The notes under the pieces: model-generated
The model's input: the letters and a program-made list of their open reading frames with translations, nothing else
What the model was told of the DNA's origin: nothing
Databases searched by the model: none
Shown: positions 40,575 through 50,419 of the stretch, one piece after another
How positions within the stretch are numbered: the stretch's first letter is position 1
Layout: every line of letters starts with the position of its first letter
From: an uncultured Verrucomicrobiae bacterium
Lineage (GTDB): Bacteria > Chlamydiota > Chlamydiia > Chlamydiales > Rhabdochlamydiaceae
Reading direction: 5' to 3'
Assembly (NCBI GenBank): GCA_963839895.1
Contig: CAWIWQ010000001.1
Location: 626,724-690,723 of the forward strand
Length of the DNA stretch: 64,000 nucleotides
Translations under genes and position numbers: made by a program

Positions 40575-41117
40575 TTAACTTGGGTTCACTTCACAAAGAG
40601 TTTGTAGATATTGTCCGTTTTGATCGCCACGGGCAAGGGCTAGTTTAAAATGGCCTGCACTTTTTAAGAGCTCCTCAGGCCAACGCGAGATCACATCGGG
40701 AAGGCGAATACGCGCCAGCGTCAAATGAGGGCGATACAAATCACCACTGTCGTTGAGACTGTGAAAACCCTGTGCGCGAACGATTTCTGATGCAATCCGA
40801 TGAATCCGCATCACATTCTCATTTCTAGCAATCGACAATTCAGTCCAATAAGCTTCTTTGTGAAGACCTGTGCCTTTGACAAAACTCACTCCTGTAAAGC
40901 GCAGTGGGATAGGTTGGATGTTTAAGCTATCTACCCGCTGCCAAATAGCGCGCGCTTCTTGTTCAGAATCACATTCAAATTGACACACTGTCACATGGGG
41001 CAAGCTCGTTTCAGATAACAGATACCCATCATTGTCAGATGCAAATAGCATTTGAGCAGCTTGAATAAAAGCCGCTACGGTCTCTTTTGGAGGGATCAAA
41101 GCAAGAATGAATCGCAT
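40575..41117 (-). CDS. 2H phosphoesterase (2'-5' RNA ligase-like)
   Basis: Two HxT motifs: PHVTVCQF and PHLTLARI. Confidence 0.82.
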   Translation of the reverse strand: MRFILALIPPKETVAAFIQAAQMLFASDNDGYLLSETSLPHVTVCQFECDSEQEARAIWQRVDSLNIQPIPLRFTGVSFVKGTGLHKEAYWTELSIARNENVMRIHRIASEIVRAQGFHSLNDSGDLYRPHLTLARIRLPDVISRWPEELLKSAGHFKLALARGDQNGQYLQTLCEVNPS

Positions 41118-41119
41118 AG

Positions 41120-41845
41120 CTATTCCTGAATGTTTAAATCAGATAAATCTTGATAAGAAAAAAGAATTTTGTTCGCTTTTGAGAAATCATGCATGATTGT
41201 ATAGCGGTTGGGAACTGCGATTGCAATCATTCCGGCAGTAGCTGCTGCCTCCACACCTGCGCTTGTATCTTCAAACACAAGACACTCGCTCGGAGAAAGA
41301 TTCAATCTTTTCGCCGCTTCGAGATAAATGTAGGGCTTAGGTTTGTTTTTTCCCTCACTATCGACATAGCTGTCTAAGTCATCTGTTCCAGAGATGATCA
41401 GATCGAAAATCTCTTCCAGTCCAATCTGTTTTAGATTCTGCTGAATTTCTTCTCGAGAAGCTGAAGAAGCGAGCCCCAATTTAATGCCCAAACGATCTTT
41501 TTGCTCAGCTAAATTCTTAGCGAAGGTGATCATTTCAGGAATAGGAATCACTCCCTGCTTTTGCAGAATGTGATACCTTGCAGTGTTTAGCTCAATCACT
41601 TCTTCAGAAATACGCTCCACTTTCAATAGTTCAATCTGATGAAGAATATTCCGCTTGCTATGACCAATCAGCGGTTGATATTCCTCAAATGAAAGTGTGA
41701 TATTTTTACTTGCGAGAGCCCCTTGCCAAGCCAAGAATTTGAGATATTCCGTGTCGACAAGTACCCCGTCGCAATCAAAAATAACTGCCTTAGCCGACAT
41801 ACAGAAAAATCCCAACATACAACATAGCTTTCTCATAGCTTGCAA
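41120..41845 (-). CDS. HAD phosphatase (beta-phosphoglucomutase-like)
   Basis: IFDCDGVLVDTE, ASS, KPKPYIYL, VFEDTSAG. Confidence 0.88.
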   Translation of the reverse strand: MQAMRKLCCMLGFFCMSAKAVIFDCDGVLVDTEYLKFLAWQGALASKNITLSFEEYQPLIGHSKRNILHQIELLKVERISEEVIELNTARYHILQKQGVIPIPEMITFAKNLAEQKDRLGIKLGLASSASREEIQQNLKQIGLEEIFDLIISGTDDLDSYVDSEGKNKPKPYIYLEAAKRLNLSPSECLVFEDTSAGVEAAATAGMIAIAVPNRYTIMHDFSKANKILFSYQDLSDLNIQE

Positions 41846-41882
41846 AGTTTGAAGATGTGTTAAGAACTTGTCAAGATGAGTT

Positions 41883-42566
41883 TTATCTTATAATAGTTGA
41901 GAGATCCGTTCGAGTTAAGGAAAGATTCAACTTCTTGTTGATAAATTGAACGAGTTGTTCTCTCTCATCCGAAGAATGTAGACCTTTTGGATTATAGTAA
42001 TCACCTGCAGAATATGATTTTTGTGAAGAATAAAGCATTCCCCAATTTTTCCCGGAAAATTTACGGACACTCGCTTCTAAAACGTCTGTTTTCACTACTT
42101 TTGACTTTTTTAACATAAGCGTTGTACATCCATAGGTTCTTGCAAAGGGATTTTTTTTCATTTCGTTTTCAAAAAACTCCCCAGCTTTTTGTACTGCAGA
42201 TTCCTTGTCATTTGAATTTGGTAGGAAAGGAAATTGCAAATATTTGTTACCAACTCGAACGTTTATAAATATTTTGCTTGGATTAAATAAAACATAATCA
42301 TAGTTAACGGGATCCAAGCTACGCTTTAATATAGCCTCAATTTCTTTTTTAGTATCTTGAATTCTATTTTCAGACATACCAAAGATAGCTGCGAAAATGC
42401 GAAAAATTTTATTTAAAGCCTTATGTAAAGGATTTTGATCTATTTGGCTTCCATTTGTTAAAGAATCTTTGGAGTGAATCTCCGTTCGTGTATGGATTGG
42501 TTGATTCGAATTTAGCATATATCCTGCACTTTGACTCTGGGGGCTGTTTTGTGTTGGAGTAACCAT
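41883..42566 (-). CDS. Hypothetical protein (effector-like Ser/Thr/Gln-rich N-terminus)
   Basis: 227-aa ORF with AT-rich upstream region. Confidence 0.6.
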   Translation of the reverse strand: MVTPTQNSPQSQSAGYMLNSNQPIHTRTEIHSKDSLTNGSQIDQNPLHKALNKIFRIFAAIFGMSENRIQDTKKEIEAILKRSLDPVNYDYVLFNPSKIFINVRVGNKYLQFPFLPNSNDKESAVQKAGEFFENEMKKNPFARTYGCTTLMLKKSKVVKTDVLEASVRKFSGKNWGMLYSSQKSYSAGDYYNPKGLHSSDEREQLVQFINKKLNLSLTRTDLSTIIR

Positions 42567-42711
42567 GTAATAAATGCCTTTTTTAACAGGAAATTATGTC
42601 AAAACAATCACTTTAGGTCAATGCAATAAATTATAAAACGGCTTTTATTGTTGCGTGGTTAATTTTCATTTGTTACAATTTTAACTCATTAATCAAAATA
42701 GAGGTTTCTAA

Positions 42712-43455
42712 ATGAAGATCAATAAAGTAGAAGACAAATATTCAATTTACATAGATAGAAGTTCTTTGAATTCACACCCTACACTCTCTAAAAAGTCGAT
42801 TGAAAATCACAGTACATTAGCAGCTCAAAATATAGCGTGTGATTCAATTTTTTCTAGATTTTTTCAAGCTATTAGAGACATTTTCTCTTACTTTTTTGGA
42901 TCAAAAAACGAGCCTGAAGTTAAAGTTGATGTGAAAAAAATCCCCACCGCCCAAGAACTTGAACAACGCATTGAAAAAGGCTGCGAATGGATAAAAAATG
43001 ACATTGATGAACATTTTGGAAATGAAAATCGCAATCTTAGCCGTGATAAATTTCTTGTCGTCATGTCGTATAATGGGATGTCTGATGTCTCCATTCCCAC
43101 GACTCATCCGGTAAACATTGAACAATTCAAAACAGATACGATTAGAAAGTTTAAAGCCATGATGCGTTCACCCCATACGCAACCTGCCGACTCTGAAGAC
43201 ACTTTCTTAAGAATCAGTACACATTTTATTGTACGAAGGATTCGTCAAAGTGATGGCGCTGTTTCACCTTGGTTGTGGCATGGTAGTCGTGCGCATAGTC
43301 ATGATTACTTCCGAGGAAATAGAGATAATTACGGCTCTTACGGAGAAAAAATTGAAAATTCCCAACTCACACAAAAACTCAACGAATTAATTCCCCAAAT
43401 GCTCGTTGGTAGACAAGCGACAATTGACTATGCTTCTGGCGCACTTAATTGGTAA
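42712..43455 (+). CDS. Hypothetical protein
   Basis: 247-aa ORF, GAGG RBS. Confidence 0.6.
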   Translation: MKINKVEDKYSIYIDRSSLNSHPTLSKKSIENHSTLAAQNIACDSIFSRFFQAIRDIFSYFFGSKNEPEVKVDVKKIPTAQELEQRIEKGCEWIKNDIDEHFGNENRNLSRDKFLVVMSYNGMSDVSIPTTHPVNIEQFKTDTIRKFKAMMRSPHTQPADSEDTFLRISTHFIVRRIRQSDGAVSPWLWHGSRAHSHDYFRGNRDNYGSYGEKIENSQLTQKLNELIPQMLVGRQATIDYASGALNW

Positions 43456-43465
43456 TTAGAAATTT

Positions 43466-43504
43466 CTATAGGCTACCGACATCGAACGACTAGGTAGCCT
43501 TTAG
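43466..43504. terminator. Hairpin, probable terminator
   Basis: AGGCTACC (43470-77) / GGTAGCCT (43493-500) just after stop of 42712..43455. Confidence 0.5.
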
Positions 43505-43664
43505 GAAATTGTCAGAACGGAACCCGTTCCTATTTTGTAAAAATCTTCCCCATAAACCTCTCCAAATCGTCCGATTGTTGTCTCTCCTGAACAATGGCAG
43601 GGTTATTTGCTTTCAACGTGCAATAGATAGTTCAGGGCATCGTCTTTACGCCACGACGTTTAAT

Positions 43665-44099
43665 CTATGTGTGTTTCTTATGACTTGGGCAGACTTCATG
43701 CCCTGGATCCCACCAAAGCAGCCACAGAACGCTTCCCTCTTTGATGCCCCAGATTCTTTTACAGCCCGTAATACGAAGAGAAAAAAGTTCATCATAATCA
43801 TCTTTAGATAACTCAACCAGGCGTTTTTGAGCTTTGGGGCATAGATCAGTGACTTGAACCAAATGAGAACCATTATCTCGCAGGTTTTGCCAAGTAAGTT
43901 TCTGCGAATCAAATATTTTTTGAAAAAGCTCACGCAATAACAGAGGATCGAATTTATTCTATCCCCAGGGCCCATCCATATCCATTTGCCCTGCTCTAAA
44001 CTCAGGTAGGCATGAATCACTATAGGGAACTAACTTTGGAACCTTATTTTCAGTGAAGTTAACAAATGTTTTTGGCTTTTTCTGATCTTTTCGAGACAT
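43665..44099 (-). pseudogene. Putative toxin gene paired with Panacea antitoxin, interrupted by in-frame TAG
   Basis: One reading frame from ATG 44099 (MSRKDQKKPK..DGPWG*NKFDP..LFSLRITGCKRIWG..LLWWDPGHEVCPS) with a single TAG at 43959-43961. Confidence 0.7.
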
Positions 44100-44123
44100 G
44101 AGATAAAAACAATATTAAAAGCA

Positions 44124-44603
44124 CTAACTCTCGATAGGTTGACCCAAAGCATCTACACTACTGTAGTATTCGTCCATAGTTGCGAGTTGGATTTCTACTT
44201 CCCCTCGCTCCCCCGGCTTAAGGCCGTGTCTGGCTTCAATCCATGGCAGTTCTCGATGAGTGAGATCACTAAGCCACTGGGCTGATTTATCGCCATAGGC
44301 ATTTAGAACATTATCTATGGTGTCTTTCTGATTGATCGATATATGACTCGCATTGCCCTTGGAGAGCTCTTTTACATAAAACATGCCTTTGTGCTGATTG
44401 TAGAGTTCTTTTACAACAGGGCCATTTGCCCAAGCTAGAATCTTCTCTTTAAACAATGGTTGTTCATCCCATACAAGAGACCATGCTTGACAATAGTACA
44501 CCAATTTTTGCAATTTCCAAGCAGTAAGGGGATGTTTTTTAGGTTGTTTTTCTAATATGTAGGAGGCTACATCCAAAACTGAAACAGGTTTACCTTTATC
44601 CAT
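44124..44603 (-). CDS. Panacea-domain (DUF4065/SocA/GepA-like) antitoxin
   Basis: KLQKLVYYCQAWSL, AWANGPVVKELY, LSDLTHRELPW. Confidence 0.88.
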   Translation of the reverse strand: MDKGKPVSVLDVASYILEKQPKKHPLTAWKLQKLVYYCQAWSLVWDEQPLFKEKILAWANGPVVKELYNQHKGMFYVKELSKGNASHISINQKDTIDNVLNAYGDKSAQWLSDLTHRELPWIEARHGLKPGERGEVEIQLATMDEYYSSVDALGQPIES

Positions 44604-44830
44604 GCGAGACTTCTTTTTTTTCACCACATCATACCCCACATGTTCAAAAAAAATCAACCCATATCATTCGCAATGCAATAAAGCCATTGCTCACTATCTA
44701 CTTGATTAGCTCATACCTGTCAAATTTTAAGGTCCAATTAATTTTTGGTTGTGCGTTTTTTATCAGTTACAGTAAATAGTTCTTATCATCTTGTCCCTCG
44801 AGAAAACGATGGACACACAAGGAGAAATGT

Positions 44831-45130
44831 ATGTCAGAAAAGCTTAACAGACAACAAACTGAAGCTCAAATCAACCTGCGCGCATGGAACGATCCTGCTT
44901 TTAGGGATCAGTTAAAAAAGAATCCGCATGCGGCATTGAAAGAAATGGGAATGGCACAAGTGCCCGCCAATTTAGATATTCGCGTTGCTGAAGAAGACAA
45001 TAATCAATGGGTGATTCGCCTGCATAAACGCCCCCTAAATTTCAGAGAACTGTCGGAAATGGAACTTGAAAAAGTGGCTTGTGGAGAAACTCAGGAGGCT
45101 AAGTGCTGTCCAAAGAGTCCAGTATCCTGA
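44831..45130 (+). CDS. NHLP (nitrile-hydratase-like leader) family RiPP precursor
   Basis: RAWNDPAFRDQLKKNP, PANLDIRVAEED, ELSEMELEKVACG leader end; 14-aa core ETQEAKCCPKSPVS; AAGGAG RBS. Confidence 0.8.
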   Translation: MSEKLNRQQTEAQINLRAWNDPAFRDQLKKNPHAALKEMGMAQVPANLDIRVAEEDNNQWVIRLHKRPLNFRELSEMELEKVACGETQEAKCCPKSPVS

Positions 45131-45495
45131 ATTTGGATCTCAGTTTTGTCCAGCAACGACTTCTGGACAGAGAACAGTGGGATCAAGAAGATGTTATCGA
45201 AGCCATCAGAAGATACAAAAACTTCTTGATCCTCATCTATAAGTATCCTGATCATCTGCTTGCTCCTGCGTCAGATATCGATGAAGTTTGGCACAATCAT
45301 ATTCTATTTACGCGAGAGTATTCAAAGGCTTGTGAACACATTTTCGGGGGGTATTTGCATCATACCCCCGCTCAAAGTTCTAATACTGAAGAAAAAGACC
45401 TCATGAAAAACGCTCAACAGCATACCGCTGAACTTTATGTGAAGGAGTTCAATGAACCCTATTTTCTTGAGATAGATGTTTCCTCATTTTGGTAG
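45103..45495 (+). CDS. GRDP/DUF1399-like His-rich protein
   Basis: RRYKNFL..APASDIDEVWHNHILFTREYSKACEHIFGGYLHHTP; AGGAGG (45093-98) before GTG 45103 inside the precursor gene. Confidence 0.75.
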   Translation: MLSKESSILNLDLSFVQQRLLDREQWDQEDVIEAIRRYKNFLILIYKYPDHLLAPASDIDEVWHNHILFTREYSKACEHIFGGYLHHTPAQSSNTEEKDLMKNAQQHTAELYVKEFNEPYFLEIDVSSFW

Positions 45496-45764
45496 ACTCT
45501 TTTGGCCAATGTTAATCTAAAATACTTAAGATTAAAGACTTAACAAAGATTGTCGGCTGTTAGACATTTTTGGTTTCTATTTTCCACGCTTTTTTAAATA
45601 TTACTTATATAAAACAATCGATATCTTTAATAAATTAAAATTTTAATTTAAAATCGGATGATCATTTAAATACTTAAATAATAAAATTAGTATATTTTTT
45701 ATATTATTAAAATTAAAATACCATTACAATAGTATTAATTCATTAATTAACATAAGTATTTATT

Positions 45765-47594
45765 ATGACAGTTTCTAATAATAATAATTTTAAAGATCCC
45801 TACCTTCCTGTTGCTGATGCGAAGAAAAATTTACGTTACGCTGCGATGACCTGCGCAAGTTTTACAAATGACGCATCGTGGATTGAACCTTTTAAAATCA
45901 GATTGTTTTCTGCTGAGCAAAGCGACGTGCAAATCTCGAATCAATTACTTGAAAAAAGAAAATATTGTTTCTTTGATAGAAATACCGGATTAAAGATAGC
46001 TATCGGCGAAGGACAACATGAAGTTTTAATTGCTTTTGGTGCGATGGGATCAGCTGCGACAGAAGTTGCAGAAGAAGAGAAAAAAGCGTTTTTAGAAAAA
46101 CAAAAAGGACTAGCAACGAGCAATCTATATGGGATCTCCGTTGTTCCAGCGTATGAAGAAGCTGCAAATTTTGTCTCTGAAATTCAGGTCCATCCGTATT
46201 TTCGCAATAAGAAAATTATTCTTGTAGGACAGTCATTGGGAGGAAGTCTTGCTCAATATGCTGCCTTGAAAAATGCATTAGAAGCAAAGTGCTTTAATCC
46301 TATTCCTCTCGGAAGAGCGCATATCAATGCCTTAAAACAACAGAAGGTTTCTTTCGAGAATTCGAATCATTTGATAACTATCATTTCCAGCGAAGGAGAT
46401 TATGCGACAGATATCCCAAATTCAATGATTGTAAAAGCCGTGAATCTGGTAGCTACAGGTCCTCAACTTTTTGGAAAAAAATATCCCATTCCCAGTGCTT
46501 ATAAAGATTTAATCGAAAATCATTCCTATTTCATGGGAAGCCTGATGAAATATATAGGATATGACATCAGAACAAAAGCTAGCGAGCTCCATCCCAATGA
46601 TATTTTTTGCGAAGAAACGAATGATATTCAAATTGATTTAAAGCGCACGAAACAAATCATTGCGTGGCTTTATGAATTAAGAGAAAATCTAAACAATAAA
46701 CAAACAAACACTGTCCGCACTGTTCTTTATTTTATTAAAGAAAATGAAAAGCAACTATTCAATTACATGTGTTTGCAAGTATGGCTAGCTAATAACGGAG
46801 AAAATTTTGGAGACGCAAACTACGGGGAAAGAAGAATTTGGGATAATAGCGAGCTTCTCCTAAAAATCAAAGGCGCTGAGGGCACACTTTTAGATACCCT
46901 CATCCATCACTTTGAATCCCTAGATCAGATGCTCAAGCTTAAGAATTCACTGGCAGTGATTCGAGAACAAGCATCCGCAATTAAAAAAGAATTGTTTTGC
47001 ATTCCCTATTTCTCAATGGTTCCGATCCAGATGAATCAGTTAATAGATGCCTGTGTAGATCCTTCTCGTACATTGAGTCTTCAAGAATCTTCTTCTTTAT
47101 TATCAATCCTTGAAAACCTGGAACGAAAGCTTATTGACGGCAAAGTCTCACATGAAGAAAAGGTCAAGCTTTTGCAAGAGCTTGAAGCGAATCAACAACT
47201 ATTGTTTTTAGCTCTCTTGATGGTCTTAAGGACAGAAATTCAACATAAGTTAGATTTTCCTACTTTAAAAAACCTTGTTTTCGCAAATCCTTCGTTGCTT
47301 TTTCAGAACCAAAATGAGTCAACTCTTGTCAAAGTCATCGAATGCTTAAAATGTCTAAATACAATTCAGCAGGCCACAAATGACTTGCATGCATGTAAAA
47401 AAGTCTTAGAAAAAGCCTTCTCTCATTACCCTTATTCCAACACTTTGGAATCCCGGGATTTTCAATCGCTAATTAATCTTTTGAATCGATTTTCGGAATT
47501 TTTTTCTATTCCTTTAGACCATGAAAGGCTCCTTAAACAATTTCATGAAAATGGTCGTGAATTGGGTGAGATGGTTTCTTCTACTGGACTTTAG
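45765..47594 (+). CDS. Lipase (class 3)-like alpha/beta hydrolase, candidate effector; 3' end cut by IS repeat
   Basis: LIAFGAMG, ILVGQSLGGSLA nucleophile elbow, FNP, EGDYA; last codons and stop lie in the IS inverted repeat. Confidence 0.72.
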   Translation: MTVSNNNNFKDPYLPVADAKKNLRYAAMTCASFTNDASWIEPFKIRLFSAEQSDVQISNQLLEKRKYCFFDRNTGLKIAIGEGQHEVLIAFGAMGSAATEVAEEEKKAFLEKQKGLATSNLYGISVVPAYEEAANFVSEIQVHPYFRNKKIILVGQSLGGSLAQYAALKNALEAKCFNPIPLGRAHINALKQQKVSFENSNHLITIISSEGDYATDIPNSMIVKAVNLVATGPQLFGKKYPIPSAYKDLIENHSYFMGSLMKYIGYDIRTKASELHPNDIFCEETNDIQIDLKRTKQIIAWLYELRENLNNKQTNTVRTVLYFIKENEKQLFNYMCLQVWLANNGENFGDANYGERRIWDNSELLLKIKGAEGTLLDTLIHHFESLDQMLKLKNSLAVIREQASAIKKELFCIPYFSMVPIQMNQLIDACVDPSRTLSLQESSSLLSILENLERKLIDGKVSHEEKVKLLQELEANQQLLFLALLMVLRTEIQHKLDFPTLKNLVFANPSLLFQNQNESTLVKVIECLKCLNTIQQATNDLHACKKVLEKAFSHYPYSNTLESRDFQSLINLLNRFSEFFSIPLDHERLLKQFHENGRELGEMVSSTGL

Positions 47595-49337
47595 CCATTC
47601 GACAAAACAGTTAACACTTATGTGGTTTTGTCGGAGGCTATCGCCTCCCGCGCCACCGTTCCGCATTGTCGGCGTATTTATTCGCCAGCGCGCTGACCGC
47701 GCGTCGGGCGAAAAATACACCAACAACGCGTCTGCTAAAATTACTCAAGCCACCTCAGACAGTTCATCCACTAAGGCAGCAATTCGCCCTGGGGAAAGAG
47801 TTTCTACATGGTCGCCTTTTTCATAGAGCCAATTAAAATACCTACTACCCCATAGATGCCGACGCACTTCGCGGAGCATATCGGCAAAAGTTAAATGCGT
47901 TTTTTTGTACCACGCTGTGCTGCCGAGTTTCAGGGGAGAGGATGTTTGTAGGTGATTTGCAATGAGCACAATGAGAGAATATAAACCGAATAATGCCGGA
48001 GTAGTACGTGCTATTGCCTTGTCCGACCATTGTCGTTGAGTCTCGACTCCAAGATGCTCGCGTACTTCTCTATGTGTCACTTCTTGGTTCCATCTAGCAA
48101 CAAACCATTCGATTATTTCTATGGCCGTCAGTTGAAAAAGCTCATCAACCCCCATCAAAGCAATAGGTTCGTATTCTCCTGCAAGATCCTTGAGCAAAAC
48201 CAGCCGAATAGGCAATGGCTCATCTCCTTGCGTACACCAGAGACAGGTCGTAGTTGCATAGGAGACTCGCCTTATTTTGCCTCCGTACCATTTGACTTCA
48301 GCCTCTTTCCATTTTAAATCGGGTTGTTTGAACATCTGCTTGGGAGAAAATAGCCTACGATCTTTTTTGGGTGGTCTTCCACAACCTGTGTACTCTGGAG
48401 GAAAATCGAACAATCGTGCATCCATTCTTAATCGTGTCACGAGGCGAACGTGATATTTTATGCAGATCCATCCAAGCCGTACATTGGCAAAACCGCCATC
48501 AGCAGTCAGAATGATTTTTAAGGCGGGGAACCATCGATGTAATATTTTGACGAGCTGAATGGTCCAATCGATTGTGGTTTTATGCCGTTTTCCCGCTTTT
48601 GTATCCGCTTTTTCAGACGTTGCAAGAATCGTTAAAAAAGGCAAAGCCAGCAGACGAGGAACCCAAGAATATTGTTTCAGCACCATGACTGTAATCCATT
48701 TAAGCCCGAAGCATTTCACTATATGTTTTTGCGAAGAGCGCACTGCATCGCGATAACAGCCGATTGCTTTGATTTTACGACCGCTGCGTCGTTCGATATG
48801 CTCGTCAACAGCAATGACTAAAGGACCAGTCATATTTTCTATCAGCTGTTTCAGTAAAATTTTTCCGCCTTCGAGAGGATTCCATGCATCCCTGCTCAGC
48901 ACTCGGTGATATTTATCAAAATGCTCTTCTCCTTGCATGCCAAGAATTTTAAGTGCTGCGCATACAGTACGCCCTCCGCGACAAAGAATTGCTCCTGCCA
49001 AAAGCAACATCGCCTTGGAGGCTGTTTTGGGTCTTAAAAATATTGTGGAAAAAGGCATCAAAACTGTTAGAATGCTTTTTGGTAGAGATATCATGGTTCC
49101 GCCATTGACGTTTTGGTTTGCACTAAACATCTTAGCGTGTGCTTCTTGATATCTCTACTATTTTTTTGAGTCATGCGTTCTTTAGCGCACGCGTTGTCGG
49201 TGTATTTTTCGCCCGACGCGCGGCCAGCGCGCTGGAGAATAAATACGCCGATAACGCGGAACGGTGGCGCGGGAGGCGATAGCCTCCGACAAAACCACAT
49301 AAGTGTTAACTATTTTGTCGAATGGCTAAAGTCCAGT
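47583..49337 (-). mobile_element. IS701-like insertion sequence with 157-bp imperfect terminal inverted repeats
   Basis: 47583-47739 is the reverse complement (few mismatches) of 49181-49337; single DDE transposase between them. Confidence 0.82.
47745..49094 (-). CDS. IS701-family DDE transposase
   Basis: IAVDEHIERRSG, TADGGF, RLRMDARLF, RWNQEVTHREVREHLG, TFADML. Confidence 0.88.
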   Translation of the reverse strand: MISLPKSILTVLMPFSTIFLRPKTASKAMLLLAGAILCRGGRTVCAALKILGMQGEEHFDKYHRVLSRDAWNPLEGGKILLKQLIENMTGPLVIAVDEHIERRSGRKIKAIGCYRDAVRSSQKHIVKCFGLKWITVMVLKQYSWVPRLLALPFLTILATSEKADTKAGKRHKTTIDWTIQLVKILHRWFPALKIILTADGGFANVRLGWICIKYHVRLVTRLRMDARLFDFPPEYTGCGRPPKKDRRLFSPKQMFKQPDLKWKEAEVKWYGGKIRRVSYATTTCLWCTQGDEPLPIRLVLLKDLAGEYEPIALMGVDELFQLTAIEIIEWFVARWNQEVTHREVREHLGVETQRQWSDKAIARTTPALFGLYSLIVLIANHLQTSSPLKLGSTAWYKKTHLTFADMLREVRRHLWGSRYFNWLYEKGDHVETLSPGRIAALVDELSEVA

Positions 49338-49338
49338 C

Positions 49339-49626
49339 TTAGGTAATACACCATTAGTCGTTATCACAGGGAGAGAAAAAGGAACCACTCAAGAAACTGG
49401 GCAATCTCAAGAATTTCTAAATAAACAAGCAACCGTTTGGGACGAGCTGCAAAAAGACCTGGTGACTAAATCAACCAATGGGAAGCAAATCTTCGCTGAG
49501 AATAGTGCACATGGCGTGACACGACTACAACCAGAAATCATTGTTCAAGCAGTTCATGAATTGGTCACAGAAATCCACAAAAACAATTTCAAGACATGGC
49601 CAGAAGGAAAGCCGCCCGCAAATTGA
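49339..49626 (+). pseudogene. Orphan C-terminal fragment of an alpha/beta hydrolase
   Basis: Stop-free frame without start: LGNTPLVVITG..WDELQKDLVTKSTNGKQIFAENSAH..QPEIIVQAV*, abutting the IS end. Confidence 0.7.
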
Positions 49627-49633
49627 GCTCTGA

Positions 49634-50200
49634 ATGGCAGCAAAGAATTTTACATCTTTCAAAATCCAGGGAAGAATGATTGATATCCAAATACGCTCTC
49701 TGCGAGAACAAGATATTCCAATTCTAGGCGACCTGTATTTCCCATGGTCAACCAGAGAGGAGACGGTTACAAAATGGACCCGCTACCTGCATGAGCAGCA
49801 AACAGGTTCTCGAATGGCCTGCATTGTCGAGCAACATGGAAAAATTGTCGGATATGGGAATCTGCTCCCATCTTCTGAGTATCCTCATTTTAAGAAAAAC
49901 AGGACCCCTGAGATCAATGATGTCTGGATTTATGAGGAAAGCAGAAAAAAAGGGATCGCCACTGCACTAATCGCTCATTTGGAACAGCTAGCCAAACAAA
50001 AGGGCCATACCACAATCGGAATAGGGGTTGGCTTATATCGAGACTATGGAGCCGCTCAACGACTCTATTTTCGATTGGGTTACCAACCCGACGGTGAGGG
50101 AATTACCTATAAGCACATCGCCGTCGTTCCTGGAGAAAAATATGCAGTAGATGATCATCTCATTCTCTGGCTTACAAAGAGGCTGATGATTCATGATTAA
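49634..50200 (+). CDS. GNAT family N-acetyltransferase
   Basis: PEINDVWI..RKKGIATALI, GVGLYRDYGAAQRLYFRLGY. Confidence 0.85.
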   Translation: MAAKNFTSFKIQGRMIDIQIRSLREQDIPILGDLYFPWSTREETVTKWTRYLHEQQTGSRMACIVEQHGKIVGYGNLLPSSEYPHFKKNRTPEINDVWIYEESRKKGIATALIAHLEQLAKQKGHTTIGIGVGLYRDYGAAQRLYFRLGYQPDGEGITYKHIAVVPGEKYAVDDHLILWLTKRLMIHD

Positions 50201-50419
50201 CCCTATTGGGGGTTAGGGAGCAATAGGACAGAAAACTCCGTTAAGGATTAGATCCCTCAAACTACCCCCTTAACCCTCAATGAGATGGGTAAAAAAACAC
50301 TAGTTGACTTCGTAAAAAATTTGCTTTAAATCTAGAAATTTAGCAGACAATAAAAACTGCATAAGGATAATTGACTTACCAGTTAAGCGGGTCAAGTGTC
50401 ATAGAACAAAGGATATAAA

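Noticed and set aside
41883-43455. Two divergent orphan genes might be distant paralogs (both have an F..I..IF..(I/F)FG segment)
   Set aside because: Similarity limited to one amphipathic helix; cannot be distinguished from chance by eye
47514-47826. ORFs of 70-101 aa at the IS ends (also 49091..49300)
   Set aside because: They are translations of the inverted repeats, not independent genes
50203-50290. G-rich/C-rich imperfect hairpin after the GNAT gene, considered as an attC-like cassette site
   Set aside because: No clear RYYYAAC/GTTRRRY boxes and no integron integrase; probably a terminator
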